Source: the human T2T-CHM13v2.0 reference genome, Homo sapiens
Reading direction: 5' to 3' (one strand)
NCBI RefSeq assembly: GCF_009914755.1
Contig: NC_060936.1
Length of the DNA stretch: 64,000 nucleotides
Under the pieces are notes generated by a model. The model made no database searches, was not told where the DNA came from, and saw only the letters and a program-made list of their open reading frames with translations. A program made the position numbers and the translations under genes. This document shows positions 12,449 to 27,684 of this stretch, one piece after another. Numbering within the stretch: position 1 is the first letter of the stretch; the number at the start of each line of letters is the position of its first letter.

Positions 12449-13174
12449 TGCATTAGTCATGGCTTTCTGGAGAAACAGAACCAATAGGAAGTGTGTGTGT
12501 ATATATATTTTATGTGTGTGTGTGTATATATATATATATAAAATATATATTATATATATTTTATATATATACTATATGTATATTATATATATTTTATATA
12601 TATACTATATGTATATTTTATATATATTTTATATATACTATATGTATATTTTATATATATATTTATATATATAGAGAGAGAAAGAGAGATAGTGACATAT
12701 ATTATATATATAATATATACACAGGGAGAGAGAGAGAGAGAGAGAAAGAAAGAGAGATAGTGAAATATATATATATAATATATATATAATATATACACAG
12801 GGAGAGAGAGAAAGAGAGATTTTTTTTGAGGAATTGGCTCATGCAATTATGGAGGCTGGAAGCTCCCACTGCAGGGTGGGCTAGCAGGCTGGAGACTTAG
12901 GAAGAGCCAGTGTTGCAATGAAATCTGAGGGCTATCCAATGGCAGAATTCCCTCTTTCTCAGAAGAGGCCAGTCTTTTGTTCTATTCAGGTCTCTACCTG
13001 ATTAAATGCAGCCCACTCGCATTGTGGCTCATCCAATCCACTTTATTCAAAGTTTACCAGTTGTCATGTAAATCTCACCTAAAACACCCTCAAAGAAATA
13101 TCCAGAATAATATTTTTATCAAATATCTGGGCACTGTGACCCAGTCAAGCTGACACATAAAATTAACCATCACA
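12449..13174 (-). mobile_element. MLT2 (ERVL) solo LTR with internal AT-rich expansion
   Basis: tgcattagtcatggctttctggagaaacagaaccaatagga...gacacataaaattaaccatcaca; TSD ACTAG/ACTAC. Confidence 0.88.
12491..12820. repeat. Compound (TG)/(TA)/(GA) low-complexity tandem repeat
   Basis: About 32-bp AT-rich units followed by duplicated GA/TA blocks. Confidence 0.95.
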
Positions 13175-13599
13175 ACTACACTGGTGAGATTTTTATATTC
13201 ATTGACTCTTCCACTACCTGAATTCTCTTAGATTAGCTCTATAAGGGGTGTGTGTGAGTGTGCATGCGTGTGTGTGTGTGTGATCACTTTATTCCCAGCA
13301 GAAAGAGAGACATTGACAAGATAAATCAAAACTAGAGTTTTGACTTTTTACTGGTGTGTCTGGAAGCCCTAGAATGAATATGTGGGGTAGGACACAACTT
13401 TTGACAACAGATTCCAGTAGCTTTGGATGATGTTATCTGTAGAAATTACTATGTAAATATGAAGCATAAAGATGTGCATTTCCATTTCAATGGAACAACC
13501 TTCAGGTATGTGTAATTATGGAGAGTTACAAAAGTCAAAAGATGTTCCAAAGAATGAGACTTGACTCAAAAGAAAGGTACGTTATCACCATTGGTTTAT

Positions 13600-13745
13600 G
13601 AAGTAATAATAATAATAATGGCTAAGTGCTTTACATGCTTGCTTTTTATCTAATCCTCAAACAGCCATTCTTACAGATGAGGAAACTGAGACACAGAAAA
13701 GCTGACTAATTTGCTCAAGGTCAAACATCAGCAAGTGTTGGGAAG
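13600..13745 (-). mobile_element. MIR SINE
   Basis: ttacagatgaggaaactgagacacag...ttgctcaaggtca. Confidence 0.85.
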
Positions 13746-14839
13746 GTTTTTGGGTAAGGAGGGACTTTATCAGTGGTGGGTTGCTCTTGAACCCAGTGGC
13801 CAAGTCCTCTTAACAGACCTGGTATATGGCCAACCTGCTTTTGCCCAACATCTAGAGAGACTGGTTACTGTTTATATCATTTTTGTAAATCAAGAAAGAA
13901 CTGCACTGAGATGCTTGTTTGTGAGTGATGACCTACATTTCTTTCTAAGTCCTCCAGCTACAGTTAGGCCCACCATGCTACTTGACCATCATGTTTCTCA
14001 TCTCTGGCTGGGGGCTTTCTCCATTGCCTCAATGGCTATTTCGAACCTTCACCGTGCTCCTCAAGGCACCTTACCATCCCTGGTCAATCAAGGATAATGA
14101 TTACACTGACTGCCTCACTGATAATCTAGGGGCCAGTGGACATGCCCTCTCAAAACTTACCTCCTCTTCATCCCAAAATCATCCCCAATTGTACCCATTA
14201 TCCTTCTTTTCATCCCTTAGTCACCTACGACCTTTACTTCAAGCTGATCAGTTCAGGGCAATCCAGGACGCAGTTAGGAATTTCATATGGAGATGAGAGG
14301 AGAAATTCTTAGTGAATACTTTCTGTTATAGCTAATTCTTTATTTTTTAATTTTTATTTTATTTTTTATTTTGTTGATAATAGAAAGGCCTTGGCCTCCC
14401 AAAGTGTTGAGATTATGGGGGTGAGCCATAGTGCCCTGCCAAAGTCTTGAACTTTCCAATATAATCTTTTCAAACTTTACCCACCCTATTTTTGAATTTC
14501 TTCATTTAAGACTGTTTATCCTATTTTATACTCATCCTTCAGATTTGATGCACAGGTTTTCATTTTATTATAATTTTGGCTTCTTTCCCAATCATAGTGA
14601 TGACTTGCCTTCCAGAAATTCTTGTTAGAATATCTAGAATAGAATGTTGGCTACATAATAATAGTTAACACTTACTAAATGTTTACCATATGGCAGATAC
14701 TATTTTAAGTGCTTTACAGGATCCTCCTCATATAAACATACTTAACCTATTTTCTGTCACTAACTCCTTTGAGAATCTGGATCTTCCCCCCAACCCCCAA
14801 AAATATTTGCACTCAGAAGCACCCACATACCCTCCATTT

Positions 14840-15306
14840 TGTTATCTCTTACTGTGAAACAAACCATCGGATGCAAACCCAAAACAACAGCAGTGTTTTG
14901 TTTTGCTTTTTCTTAATTTCCCATGATTTTGTGGGTTGACAGGTGATTCTTCTGCTTCATCTGGTTTCAGCGGGAACACTGGGGCAGCTGGAAATTCCAA
15001 AATGCCCTCGCTTGTATGGCTGGCAGTTGGAGCTGGCTGTTGGCTCTTGGCCAAGAGCTTCATCTATCTTCCTCATGGGCCTCTCCATGTGGCTGCTTGG
15101 ACTTCCTAACAGTCTAGTGGTCTCAGAGTAGTTGGAATTTTTACATGGCAGCTGGCTTCCTTCAGTGTATAAAATCTTAAGACTTGAGCCAGAACTGGCA
15201 CAGAGTCACTTTCTCTGAATTCAGATTCACAGGGAGGAATCTACACAAGGGCATGACTACTGGGAGGCGTGGTTCATTGCAGGCCACCAAAGTTACAGCC
15301 TACCAA
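14840..15306 (-). mobile_element. MLT1 (G/H-like) MaLR solo LTR, apparently nested in a Charlie-type MITE (~14740-15405)
   Basis: ggctggcagttggagctggctgttggct, gggcctctccatgtggctgcttgg, acacaagggcatgactactgggaggcgtggttcattg. Confidence 0.75.
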
Positions 15307-16598
15307 ATACACAGGCAATTTAGTATAATTTCAAGAAGTACACACACCCCATCAATCCATTTAAGGATTTTAAGAAGGATATAAACTTTAGGTTAAAAAC
15401 TCATGACTGAGGATGAAGCTGGGGGAAACCTTTAGCTCAACAAGCCTTGTGTAGAGAAGAATGGGGACCACCCTCACTGTAAAGGGAATTGCACACACAC
15501 AAGTACATTGGTGGGACTGTGCATGGCATGTTCCAGGGACAAAGAGAGATCAGTTACCTACAAGACTAGGAATGAGGACTGGAATTGGATTATGTAATAT
15601 TTTAAGAGGCAGCCTGTGGAGCTTGAACTTCATTCAGTAGGCACTGGGGAGCAATTGCAAGTTTTTTTTTAAAACAGGAGTAACAAATACAAATGCTGAA
15701 ATAATTCAGGAGAATTACAGGAATTAAGAAATAAGGAGAATGGTGTAGAGGGAATTATGTTAGGGAGCTTTACGAGGTTGTGAAGTTTTAGCTCAGACAT
15801 CAGTTTTAAAGTCAGGACTAACAAAACCGCCCTAATAAAGAATGAAAGCATAACAATTTACTATAGAAAAGGGTGTTGTAGTGCATCATGCAACAAATAT
15901 ATAACAATATAGGAAGCATTATATACTAGTATCATTTTGTTTGATTGGAGTAACAAAGAGCTCAGTCAGCCTTTATGGCTTTGGTTGATATGAAAACATA
16001 ATCGAGCAGGGAATTTTTGGAATTACTTTCCACTCAGAGTTAATAGGGTTCTTGAGTATGGCTATAAAGGATAATGAGTCTAGAACTAAGACATTCTCAT
16101 TTGGGTCTCTAAGAATAAACAAGAAGCCTATAGGGTCAGAGCCACTCCTGAACGTTAGCAGGTTACTTCGCATTAAGAGAGAGTGTAAAAACTACAACAA
16201 AAATCCTGGAGGGTGGAAAACCACAGTAGTTGTTCAATTTCTGTTTGCTCTCCCACTTGCCCTAAAATGACAGCTGCAATGGTATTTAGAGGATATATAT
16301 CAGGGCTTGGGTAGGGGACACGTAAAAGCTCATGTTTATTTCAGGGGTGAATCTGCTTCTTGCTTTCTGAAGCCAACTCTGTTAGTTTTCTTTTGCATTC
16401 GGCTTTTGACTCCCTTGGGACCTGGAATGGCTCTGCCAAGTGAAGGGATAAATCATTGCTGATCTGTGCACCTTGACATTGGAGGTTCATTAGGTCTACT
16501 GGCCAATATTTGAGGGATTGAACAGGATGGAGCTGGGAGTGCTATCTAGGGGTATGGAATTAATCAAAGTCAATGAGGCCACAGGGATTTCTCAATAT

Positions 16599-16751
16599 CA
16601 GTGGCTTCTCAAACTTAAGAAAAAAAAAGTCCATGCTATCTTACCCCCAGAAATGTTCATTTAATTTACCTGGGATGCAGCCTTGGAATGAGAAATTTTA
16701 AAAAACCTGACCAGGTGATTCTAATGGGCAGCTGCTACGAAGAGCCACTGC
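16599..16751. mobile_element. MER5-family MITE
   Basis: cagtggcttctcaaactt...ccaggtgattctaatgggcagc...agccactg. Confidence 0.7.
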
Positions 16752-19382
16752 TTGATACCCTTTGCTTGTTAGTATTAGGTTCTTACCTATGGTGCTAACC
16801 AGCCATGGTTTTTGATTTTATAAGTATTAAAATCACTTGGGATAAACTGTTCTCAAGCACCTATTAGGAAATGAAGGATGGCAATAATAAGTACTGTATC
16901 TGTGACATCCAAAGTTATGGGCATGGGAAATGTAGATAATACTGGAATATTGTTTAGAGGATTTTTAGCTTTCTGCTTTCCTAACAGGTTTCTGTGGTGG
17001 ATGCCACATAAAAACCAGCCTGGGAAATTCAGTGGCAATAACACTTGATCCAAGAATGAAAGAAAAAGAAGAAACAAACCCCACAGTTGTCTGATTTTAT
17101 ACTTAATGTGCCCTAGTGTTGGTGGAGTTTACATCTTGTCCTCTTGCCCATGCATGATTCAGGGAGTTCCAGCTTCTCTTCTCAGTAGTACATTATCACC
17201 TCTGGATTTTCATCCTCTCCTTAGCTGTTTATAATTATCACTTCCTTATTGCAATGCATAGTTTCTGACCTTCAATCTGCTAATTGTGCTTTTAAGCTCT
17301 GATTCCATTTTGGCTGTTCTGCACTGAATCTGGCCTTTCACCTCTCAAAATCTGTTTTCAACACCCCTCAGCTAGCATTGTAATCAATCAATTTCTCTCT
17401 CTCTCAATCCCCACCCCTTGATAATCCCATTTCATCTCTTCTTTTCTTCCAGCAACATAAATACAGCCTCTCAGGCAAAAGTCACATTCAATAACTTTTT
17501 GTTTCTATTTCCTATATTAGGGAACACATTTTTTTTTCTCCTCTCAACAGCAATAGTCTCTATGCTGACATAGCAAGAAGTTTGTTCTCAATATAGGAAG
17601 AGCTACAGATAAATGTGTGTGCCTGTATACGTAGACATACTGGGAGAGGCAAAGAGAGAAAGGATTTATCAGCTGAAATATGGACAAAGAGAACAGTCTA
17701 TGCTGGGCTTGAAAACTATTTGGACAATCTGTCTTGACTTTGGTTGAAAACTTTTTGTATTGAATTGCCCTCTTGGGGTTTGAATCTATTCAAATTGATC
17801 TTTTCTATGAGTAGGCACATCATTTTAGAAATGTTTCTGTGAAGATGTGCTGTTTTCATGCTTAGGGAAGCACACTGCATGCTGAGTGAGACCGAAGGAA
17901 ATGCCAAATTAATTCATTCTTTCTGTGGCAATGTTCTTTTCCCGGGAAAGGACTGCTTTAATAAGGCAGGTGGCTGTGTGTGCCATGGCGTGCCTGCCTC
18001 CGTAGGAAGCTTGGTAATCCTCTCCCAGGAAAACACAGCCTTGGTGTTTGTTGTGTGAGGCTCTTGAATGTAATATTAGTTTACAGTCCCACTCCTGGCC
18101 ATATTATATAAACAGTGGGAGAAAAATGACAATGGAAATTTTGGCAGAGAATGCTTTATTTAAGCCTTTCAAAATGGACATTGTTGCGCATGGCTGTGGG
18201 TCTGTTGTCAGCGCCCTGCCTGAATGAGTGAATGGCTGCTGTTTGCAGCCAAAAGCAGGCGACGGTGGGGCCTCTTCAAACCATCAGTGCGACAATGTTA
18301 TCAAGCGGCTGAGTCCCTGCTTCTCGTCAGTAAGCCATCATTATTCCTCATGAGCCAACTACAGGAGAGGGCCACTGTGACAAATACGCTATTATGTTGC
18401 ATTTTAATGTGTGCCAATCAGCTTAATTCAAGCTCTGACATTCCTCTCAGGTACTGCTCTTTTCCACCGCAGCTGCCTGCATGCATCCTTCAGTTACAGT
18501 TCCGGAAGTTTCTATAAGCGTGAATAGGCACTGTGAGCAGCCACCTCCAAATAAATAAAAAGGAACTCAGCCCGTGGGATGGTTGAGCTTTTCCCAATTA
18601 AGCTTCATGATATATTTCAAAGTACTGTAAACATTGGTGGCTGAACAATTCTCACGTTCACTGATATATTTGGAGATCCAATACTGAGACATCTATCCAG
18701 TCATAATGAAATTCCATTGTCAGAGTTCGCCAAAGAGTCTATTGGTTTTTGGAGACTTTCAGGTCCTGTGAAGGCTTAATTTTGTTCTTTAGGGAGGGAT
18801 GTAAAATGTGGTTGTGATATTTGCCATCACTTGACATTTTAGGCTTGGGTTTGGAGCCTCCAGAGATTGGTTATTTCCTCAGGGGCCTCATAACTTAACC
18901 TAAGATGGCCACTGCATAGTGGTGTGATCCCTCTGGGTCCCAGCAACCTGCCCTCCTGGGAGAAGATATGTCTGGGTCAGTGATCTTAGCAACATTTCTG
19001 TCCAAACCATGACTGTTCTATGGGGGGAATGCAGAAGAATTTCATTAAAATGTCTGAGCCTGATAGTCACTATATTTTTAAAAGTCTGAATGTATACTTC
19101 AAAACAAGGCTGTAAGAAACACACAGACTCTGGTAATAGACTCTTATCTTCAGGTAGTGTCACTGATACATCTGGACTTTATAGAGAAATAATTCACCTT
19201 GAATTTCCTAAATGAGATAGGACTTCCTTGGGATATTCTAGGCAGTCTTATGTCAAAAGACTTTTAGCTCGTGCTCTACTGGGATGTCCCTTTAGCCCAG
19301 GGTTTTCAAATGGCGTGATGAACTACCAAGAAGAGAGAATAATACGGACAACATAGTGAATATTTCTTAAGAATAGCTTTAT

Positions 19383-19689
<307 letters not shown>

Positions 19690-20569
19690 TTAAAGTTATG
19701 TTTTTTAATTTTGAAATTATTATTTTTCTGTTGAGGTTGAATTGTTCTTTCTCTATAAAATAATGATGATAGCATACAGTGATTTTTTTTTTTTAGTTTA
19801 ATGTCCTAGCTTGACAAAATAAACTTTACTGTCTGTGGCAGTATATTCAATCACCTATTCATTCACCTACCTATTTTTGTTTTTGAATTTTCATTTTTCC
19901 TGGTTCTTAACATCCACAAGTCTAGCAGCTACTGTTTCACCAAATGAATCATAAATTCTGAAGAGATTTAAAATGTCTACAGGCTCTTTCAACTGCCAAA
20001 TAAAAACAAAACAAAACAGTGAGCCAATTAGGTAGTAATACAAGATGTAAACCTATAAAAGAGTCAGATTTTTTTTTCTTAATTAGCAATCTCTGTTCAC
20101 TGGTTTCTCAATTCCTTCAGTCTTCTCTCTTATTAAGTATCTAGCTAATAGATTTTACCAATTAATATGCATCAAATACAATTCTCATACTTAGGCATGA
20201 AATGCTCACCATAGTGTTGTATGTAGCTTTAGCAACTCTTACAATATGTGGGCTTTGACAGAGATATCTGACATAGACCTTAAGAAGTGACCAAATTCCA
20301 AGCCTATTTTAGATTTTAATCTTTGAATGCTAGGGCCAAGGTTTTAAACAAAGTTACAATGAGTTTTTTTTTTAATGATGGTTGTCTATACTTTTAAACT
20401 TCTACCAGATGTCACATAAGACATTTTAAATTTCTCCAGCATTTTTGCATGAGCTTCCATGGTGAGTGAGAGCCCACAATGAACATTTGAATTACAAGGT
20501 TAATTCTTTTGACAGTTACATCCTAATGTTAGCTATTGAAAGTCTCATAAAAATACTTCTTTAACATCC

Positions 20570-21137
20570 TGTGTTTGTTATCCATTGCTGTGTAACAAAT
20601 AACTACAACGTAGTGGCTGGAGACAATACAAATCATCTCACAGTTTCTTTGGGTCAGAAACTTTGCTGGCTTTGCTAGGTCCTCTGCTTCAGGATCTCTC
20701 ACAGAGCTGCCATCCAGGCTGTCAGTAAGGGCTGGGTCTCATCTGAAGACTCAACAGGAGAAGGATCTGCTTCCAAGTTCATTTGTTTATTGACAGAACT
20801 CCATGTCTTCAGGGCTATGGGACTGAGGGCCTCAGCTCCTAGCTTACTGTTGGCTGAAGGCCACACCAGTATTTTGCCATGTGGGCCTCTTCAAAATGGC
20901 CACTCGCTTTCTCAAAGCCTGCAAGGAGAGAAGGCAAAAAAGAGTCAGGAATCAAGACAGAGTTCCAATCATATGCAACATAATGATGGAAGTGACATCC
21001 CACCCCAATGCCGTAGTCTGCTGGTTAGAGGCAGATCACCAGTCCTGTCAACATTCAAGGGACTAGGAGTAAACAAAGGCATGGATATCAAAAGGCAGGG
21101 ATAATTGGGGGCAGCCTTAGAGTCTGTATGCTACACA
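20570..21137 (-). mobile_element. MLT1F-like MaLR solo LTR
   Basis: ttgctgtgtaacaaat...gggactgagggcctcag...ggggcagccttagagtctgtatgctacaca. Confidence 0.85.
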
Positions 21138-21419
21138 TACCCCTAGACTTTGGGAATTTGAAACCTCAAAGTCAAACTTAGTTCTTCACTTCCATCCCTT
21201 CTTAGAGAAAAGAAGCCTTTAAGATCATTTGAGGAAAGGTAGTCTGAAATGGTGAAAGATTGGAATTGTAGAATAGTATAAAGATGTAATTATGCTGCTT
21301 ATTTTAGAGAATGTCTTAAAACTAATGCAAATAAAATATTATCAAGGAAAGGTCCTATGTGGCTTTCTTTAGTAACTGCATTATATCCATTTATAATCAT
21401 CATTTTGTTTTCATTCTAG

Positions 21420-22430
<1,011 letters not shown>

Positions 22431-22944
22431 AGCAGCAGAGTGTAGGCTCACCCCTTTCTCTCCATTTGAAATGGACAGCAACAAGGTGCCTATTGGTCTA
22501 GGTGGGATTCCCATTGATCAGTTGGCTGCACTACCTAGTTGGTATCTCTTGGCTTTAAATATTTAATTCTTGGAATATTTGTTTGTTAATAAAGGCCTCA
22601 AAAGTTTAACATCCTCTAAGAGCTGTTGAGATTTTAGGTATTACAAAAGGGGTCAGAAGGGACCTTTATATATCCCTCAAATCAGCCAGATATGTGATCA
22701 CATGTAGCTGTAACTGTGCCTTCTAAGGTGCTCCACAAGAGCTCCATAATATTTAACAAGTTTTTTGAAAACAAAACAAAAAAACAAAATTGTATGTATG
22801 CTGTGAAAAGGTCCATGGTCAAATAAGTTTTGGGTTAAAAATTTAAAAACTCAAGTTCCAATGTTAGTGAACCACCAAGGGGAGTGTGGGAGGAGCTATA
22901 ATCAAAAGCGTTTTCCAAACTCTTTTACTCTTTTGATGATGAAA

Positions 22945-22946
<2 letters not shown>

Positions 22947-22976
<30 letters not shown>
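22947..22976. repeat. (GT)15 microsatellite
   Basis: Direct observation. Confidence 0.97.
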
Positions 22977-22978
<2 letters not shown>

Positions 22979-25900
22979 TATGCATGCACACCATCTTTAG
23001 AACTAGCGCCCTCCCCAACACACTTGGGCAAATACCAGTGTTAACAAGTAACACGTTTTCAATAAAGGTCATAGCATATCAGGAACTCATTTTTTTGGCT
23101 TGTGGATCATCAGTTTTCTTGTCATAACTTTATTTGGTATTTTATAAAACTGCGTTTCAAAGCTATTTCCTTTTCAGCAGTACCTGTGTCAGACATTGGG
23201 CAAGAAAAAAATGAGAAACACAAATCAGCTCTCGTGCTTGATGTTTCTTGTGTTTTAAGAAAAGGGCATAGGAAGGGAATAATCCAAACTAAGGCTTCTA
23301 CCTGCCTGGGATATCAAGCTGTCCAACTTCCAAAGTATCTTTACTTTCTTCCACCTTCCCATACTCAATGGGCAGACCTGGGATTAAATATTGCTTTGAT
23401 AATTCTCCACTTGTGGGTTCCTGGATAAGTAACTTAACCTCTCAACTCCTTCTATCTTTCTCTATTTTTTTTCTCTCCATTAATGTATACTTTTCTACTT
23501 TGTGAACTTTGCTTTTTAGAAGACAGGTTCCTTAGAAAGAGCAAATAACCCTGTAAGCCCATAATTTGGAATAATTAGCTATTTATAGCCTTACTAAATT
23601 TGGATTCCAGATTATGTTATTAGTTCTATGATGCTATCTATGAGAAACCATTATAAGAAGGGGTGGTTGGTAAATAGATTGATGTTAGCCTAAATGGACC
23701 TGCTTTAAACATATTTTCATCTGCTTTTGTCATTCAAAATGTACTATTTTGTTTTGCAAGGTCGGTGTCATAGTAAAACATGCTTTTTATGCCTGCATCA
23801 TGTCATGTTTGTGCTTCATTGCAAGATTTGCAAGGTTTCTAACATGATTTAGGTCATTTAACTTTTTTGTATGTGTCTAGTTACACACACGTACAGAGAG
23901 AGAGAGAGAAAGAGACAGAGGAGAAACCACTATTGGTAGAATACCAAAATATTTGTGACTTATGGTTCTAATTTCTGTGCCCTAAGCAAAAACTCAATGA
24001 ATGCTATATAACAAAATGTATAGCAAAATATTGCTAAAATTAAATTCTCCCTGCAAAACCTACATAATGTGTGTTACCATAGTCATTGGAATTAATTTAT
24101 TTTCATCATTTGGATGTTCCATAAATCTTTAAAAAAAAAGTAGAGCTCATAAGTTGTGTTCCTATAATAGTTTTTCTTGGCATGTAAGCATTTGGAGGTC
24201 ATCTACATATATATTGTAGTTAAAACCATGACAAGAATGAAGTGCCCCAAGGAGAGTGTGTACTTGCATGTTGAACATAAGTTCTAGGAATGTAAGTTTT
24301 CTGTGACATTCCTAGTTCAAGATTTTTTACTTAGCCAGATTTGTTAATCTCCATGAGAGAGCAAACCTGATACAATGAAATCTGAGCTCAAGAGATGATA
24401 GCTTTCATTATCATAATTTATTGAGCACCTTCTATATGAAGGTGATGAGAATGCAACTGAGAACAAAGGCACTAGATACAATAGCACTGGTCTAGGTCAG
24501 AGAACAAGACAGGAATGCTGTTTCCTCAAAGACACACACACCAGATTCTTACTCATCTTTAAAATGCTGACTTTCAAGGCATCTAGCTGCCCCAGGAACT
24601 AAGGTTGACTCTACAGGGCTATGTCTTGCCATGTTAGAAATTCTTTAATTATAAACCACTGAAAGGACAGTGTACTTTATCCATTTCTTTTTGAGTGCCC
24701 TTTCCTCTCCCAGTTCCTCATGATTGTGGAATTAGCTGCTAATGAGAATTAGCTGCCTATTAAAATTCTCTAGTTTAAGGTTTCTCTGTCCATTCCATTC
24801 TGAGCCTTTTAATACTGGTTAAGATGCACCTTAACTTTTACATTTCCAACCGATGGAGTTCAAATTCTGTCATTTTATCATACTGCCTGGGTGAAATCTT
24901 CACTGACCTCACACCCACCACAGATGGAGCCAGCCACTCTCTCCCCTGTTCTCTGCCTCTATTATACCCCTATCACACAAATGGCATTTCATTGTTTAGA
25001 TGTTGAACTCACAGAACACAGAAGCTGTACATTAATCATCTCTATGTTGCTATCACCTAGCACAGAGTCTAGATCATAAATATTAGTTGAATTGAACTGA
25101 ACAGGCACCAAAAAATAACACTGCCACGGATCACAGATAGGAATGCGTTTCTGGTCAGCCTTTACCTTGTCTCCAGGGAACCATATTCACAGCTGGGGAG
25201 GAAACCAGGTAAGTGAAGCTGCATTCAAGAAATTCCAGTGAGTGTAGCCATGGCTATTAGAAGAGAGAACATTCTTTTCTTGCTTCTTTTGGTAAACACT
25301 TATGAGAAAACCTTAATAGGAAACAATTTCCAAGGGTTCAACAAAGGTAGGACATTTTAAATACATTTAGTGGCTTGTAAATATTTATTTTTAAAGGACA
25401 TGAAGACAAAAGTGGAATCTGAATGTGTATGCTGAGGAAGAGGAGAATTTGCCATTCTGACAACCTGCTATAGATTATAACAATATTTGAAATATTTTGT
25501 TGCTAATTAGCCAATTTGATATTTGGCTGCTGCCTTAGGGATTTTACAATGACCTGTCAACAATTTAACACTAGGCCAATTAGGTAAAGACTTCAGTTTC
25601 CTGGAAATGCCTAAGTATGTGATAGAAGGAAACAATGGCATCATACTTAGGTAATTAGAGGTTAACCAATCCCACAGAGGGGATCTGAATAAGCTTCCCA
25701 GTGACCGCAGTTCCATGGCTCAGCATGCATTTACATCCTTCCCTATCTTGCTGGGGGTGATGGTGGAAGAAGGAGAGGAGAGGGGAATGGAAGGGGTGGG
25801 CTTAGTTCTTTCTGCAAGAAAGAAAGAAGAACTCTTTCTTTCTTCTCCCCCTACCCACTCCCACGGCCACTCATGCTGCCATTCCAAACTGCATGCTGTC

Positions 25901-26012
25901 CAGTTTCTTCCTTGGCTTCTTAAAAAGTCTACTTGTGCTTGAGTTTAGTAACTTTATCAAAGAGTCAGGGAATGGGATAGGGAATAAATAAAAGGTTCAG
26001 TCATAGGGGATG

Positions 26013-26363
26013 TGTCTTAGTCTGTTCAGAAAACTATAACAAAATGCCATAATCTGGGTTTCTTATAAACAACAAAAACTTATTTCTCACAGCTATGGAG
26101 ACTGGGAAGTCCAAGAACAAGACACTAATAAATTTAGCATCTGCTAGAGGCTCCTTTCCTAGTTCACAGATGGAGCCTTCTTGCTGCATCCTCAGGTGGT
26201 GGCTCTCTGGAACTTCTTTGATAAGGTCACTAATCTCATTCATGAGGGCTCCACCCCCATGATCTAATCACCTACAGAAACCCCATCTCCTAATCCTATC
26301 ACCTTTGGGGTTAGGATTTCCAAATACAAATTTGGGGGTGACATGAACATTCAGATCATAGCA
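26013..26363 (-). mobile_element. MLT1A0-like MaLR solo LTR
   Basis: tgtcttagtctgttcag...gagggctccacccccatgatctaatcacc...aacattcagatcatagca. Confidence 0.88.
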
Positions 26364-26822
26364 AAATGTGACTGTCTGCCTTCTTGTTACCACCCCCTAC
26401 CACTTGTCACCCTCTGTTACATCTCCAGTACCACTAAGTAGTTCCCTTTCCCTCATAAAGAAAAGTTCTATCAACATTCAGAATTCATATCTACTCTAAG
26501 GCGGCTCATCAAAGTCTCTTCCCAACAAAGATAAGGGTTTTCTGGAAATGAGTTCTAGAACCAGCAGCTGTATTTTTCCCCATATTGTTATTCCTATAAT
26601 TTTTTTAAATAAGTTTGTGTTGGTCTACTTTAAAAGTTATACCTTGGATTTTCTTGCACTTGTAGGTGGTTTGGGGTGGGGCTGAGGCAAGGGGAGCCTG
26701 GATTACAAAAGTTCTGCAATCAGCATTGCTCTGAGCTCCGTACTACTCATTGAAGTATCTTTTTTTTTTTTTTTTTTTTTTCATATTCTTGACAAACCAT
26801 TTGTGAGCACCACTGGCTGGTG

Positions 26823-26858
26823 TGTGTCAGTCAGGGCTCAACCACAGTAGCAGAACCA

Positions 26859-26893
<35 letters not shown>

Positions 26894-27295
26894 CACACAT
26901 ATATATATCTTATATATATTTAATAAATCTCATATATATATTAGGAGATTTATTTTAAGGAATTGGCTCACATGAATGTGGGGGCTGGCTAAGCAATCTG
27001 AAATCTGTGAAGCTGAAACTCAACAGGTATGGGCCAAAGCTTTTATCCACAGACAGACTATCTTTTCTTTTTGGGACAAGCTTCAGCCCTGCTTTTTGAG
27101 TCTTCCCACTGATTGAATCAGTCCTACCCATAATATACAAACATAAATCCTGAATTTTTTTTAGACTTACCAAATTCAACTGGTTGTGGACTGAATTACA
27201 TCTGCAAAAGGTCATCACAGAAACAGCTGGATTATCATTTGATTGAGTAACTGGGGGCTATAGCCTAGCCAAGTTAACATATCAAAGTCACTGCA
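26823..27295 (-). mobile_element. Old MLT2 (ERVL) solo LTR with (TA)n
   Basis: tgtgtcagtcagggctcaacc...ggaattggctcacatg...gcctagccaagttaacat. Confidence 0.78.
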
Positions 27296-27684
27296 GATGG
27301 GTGAGTTGAATAAAATCTTTACCAAAGATGATGCTTAGAATGCATTCCAACAAAAGTTTTAATATTTAATGACAGAAAAGGAAATATTATACATACCTAA
27401 AAGCTTCCTCCCTACTGTATTAAACTCTCCACCAAAGGATTTTCTGAAGGAAACACTTGAAGGTATTGATGACAACTGTATAAATAAAAGAGTTATTCTG
27501 ATTATTATTGAGAGATATAATGCTCATTTTATTTATTACATTTGGAGAGCTCTAAATAAGTTTGTAATTATGGCCTGTAAAAGAAAAAAGTGTTAATTTC
27601 CTTTTAAATGGACAACTAAGATTTTTTTATAATATTGAACTCATTAGGCCAAAACATGCATTCATTTTGGGATTATTTAAATGA

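Noticed and set aside
12426-12846. Ile/Tyr-rich ORFs
   Set aside because: Translation of (TA)n/(GA)n repeats.
15690-16590. Unassigned block that might be an ancient retroelement or conserved element
   Set aside because: I could not support any family signature, ORF or motif cluster by eye.
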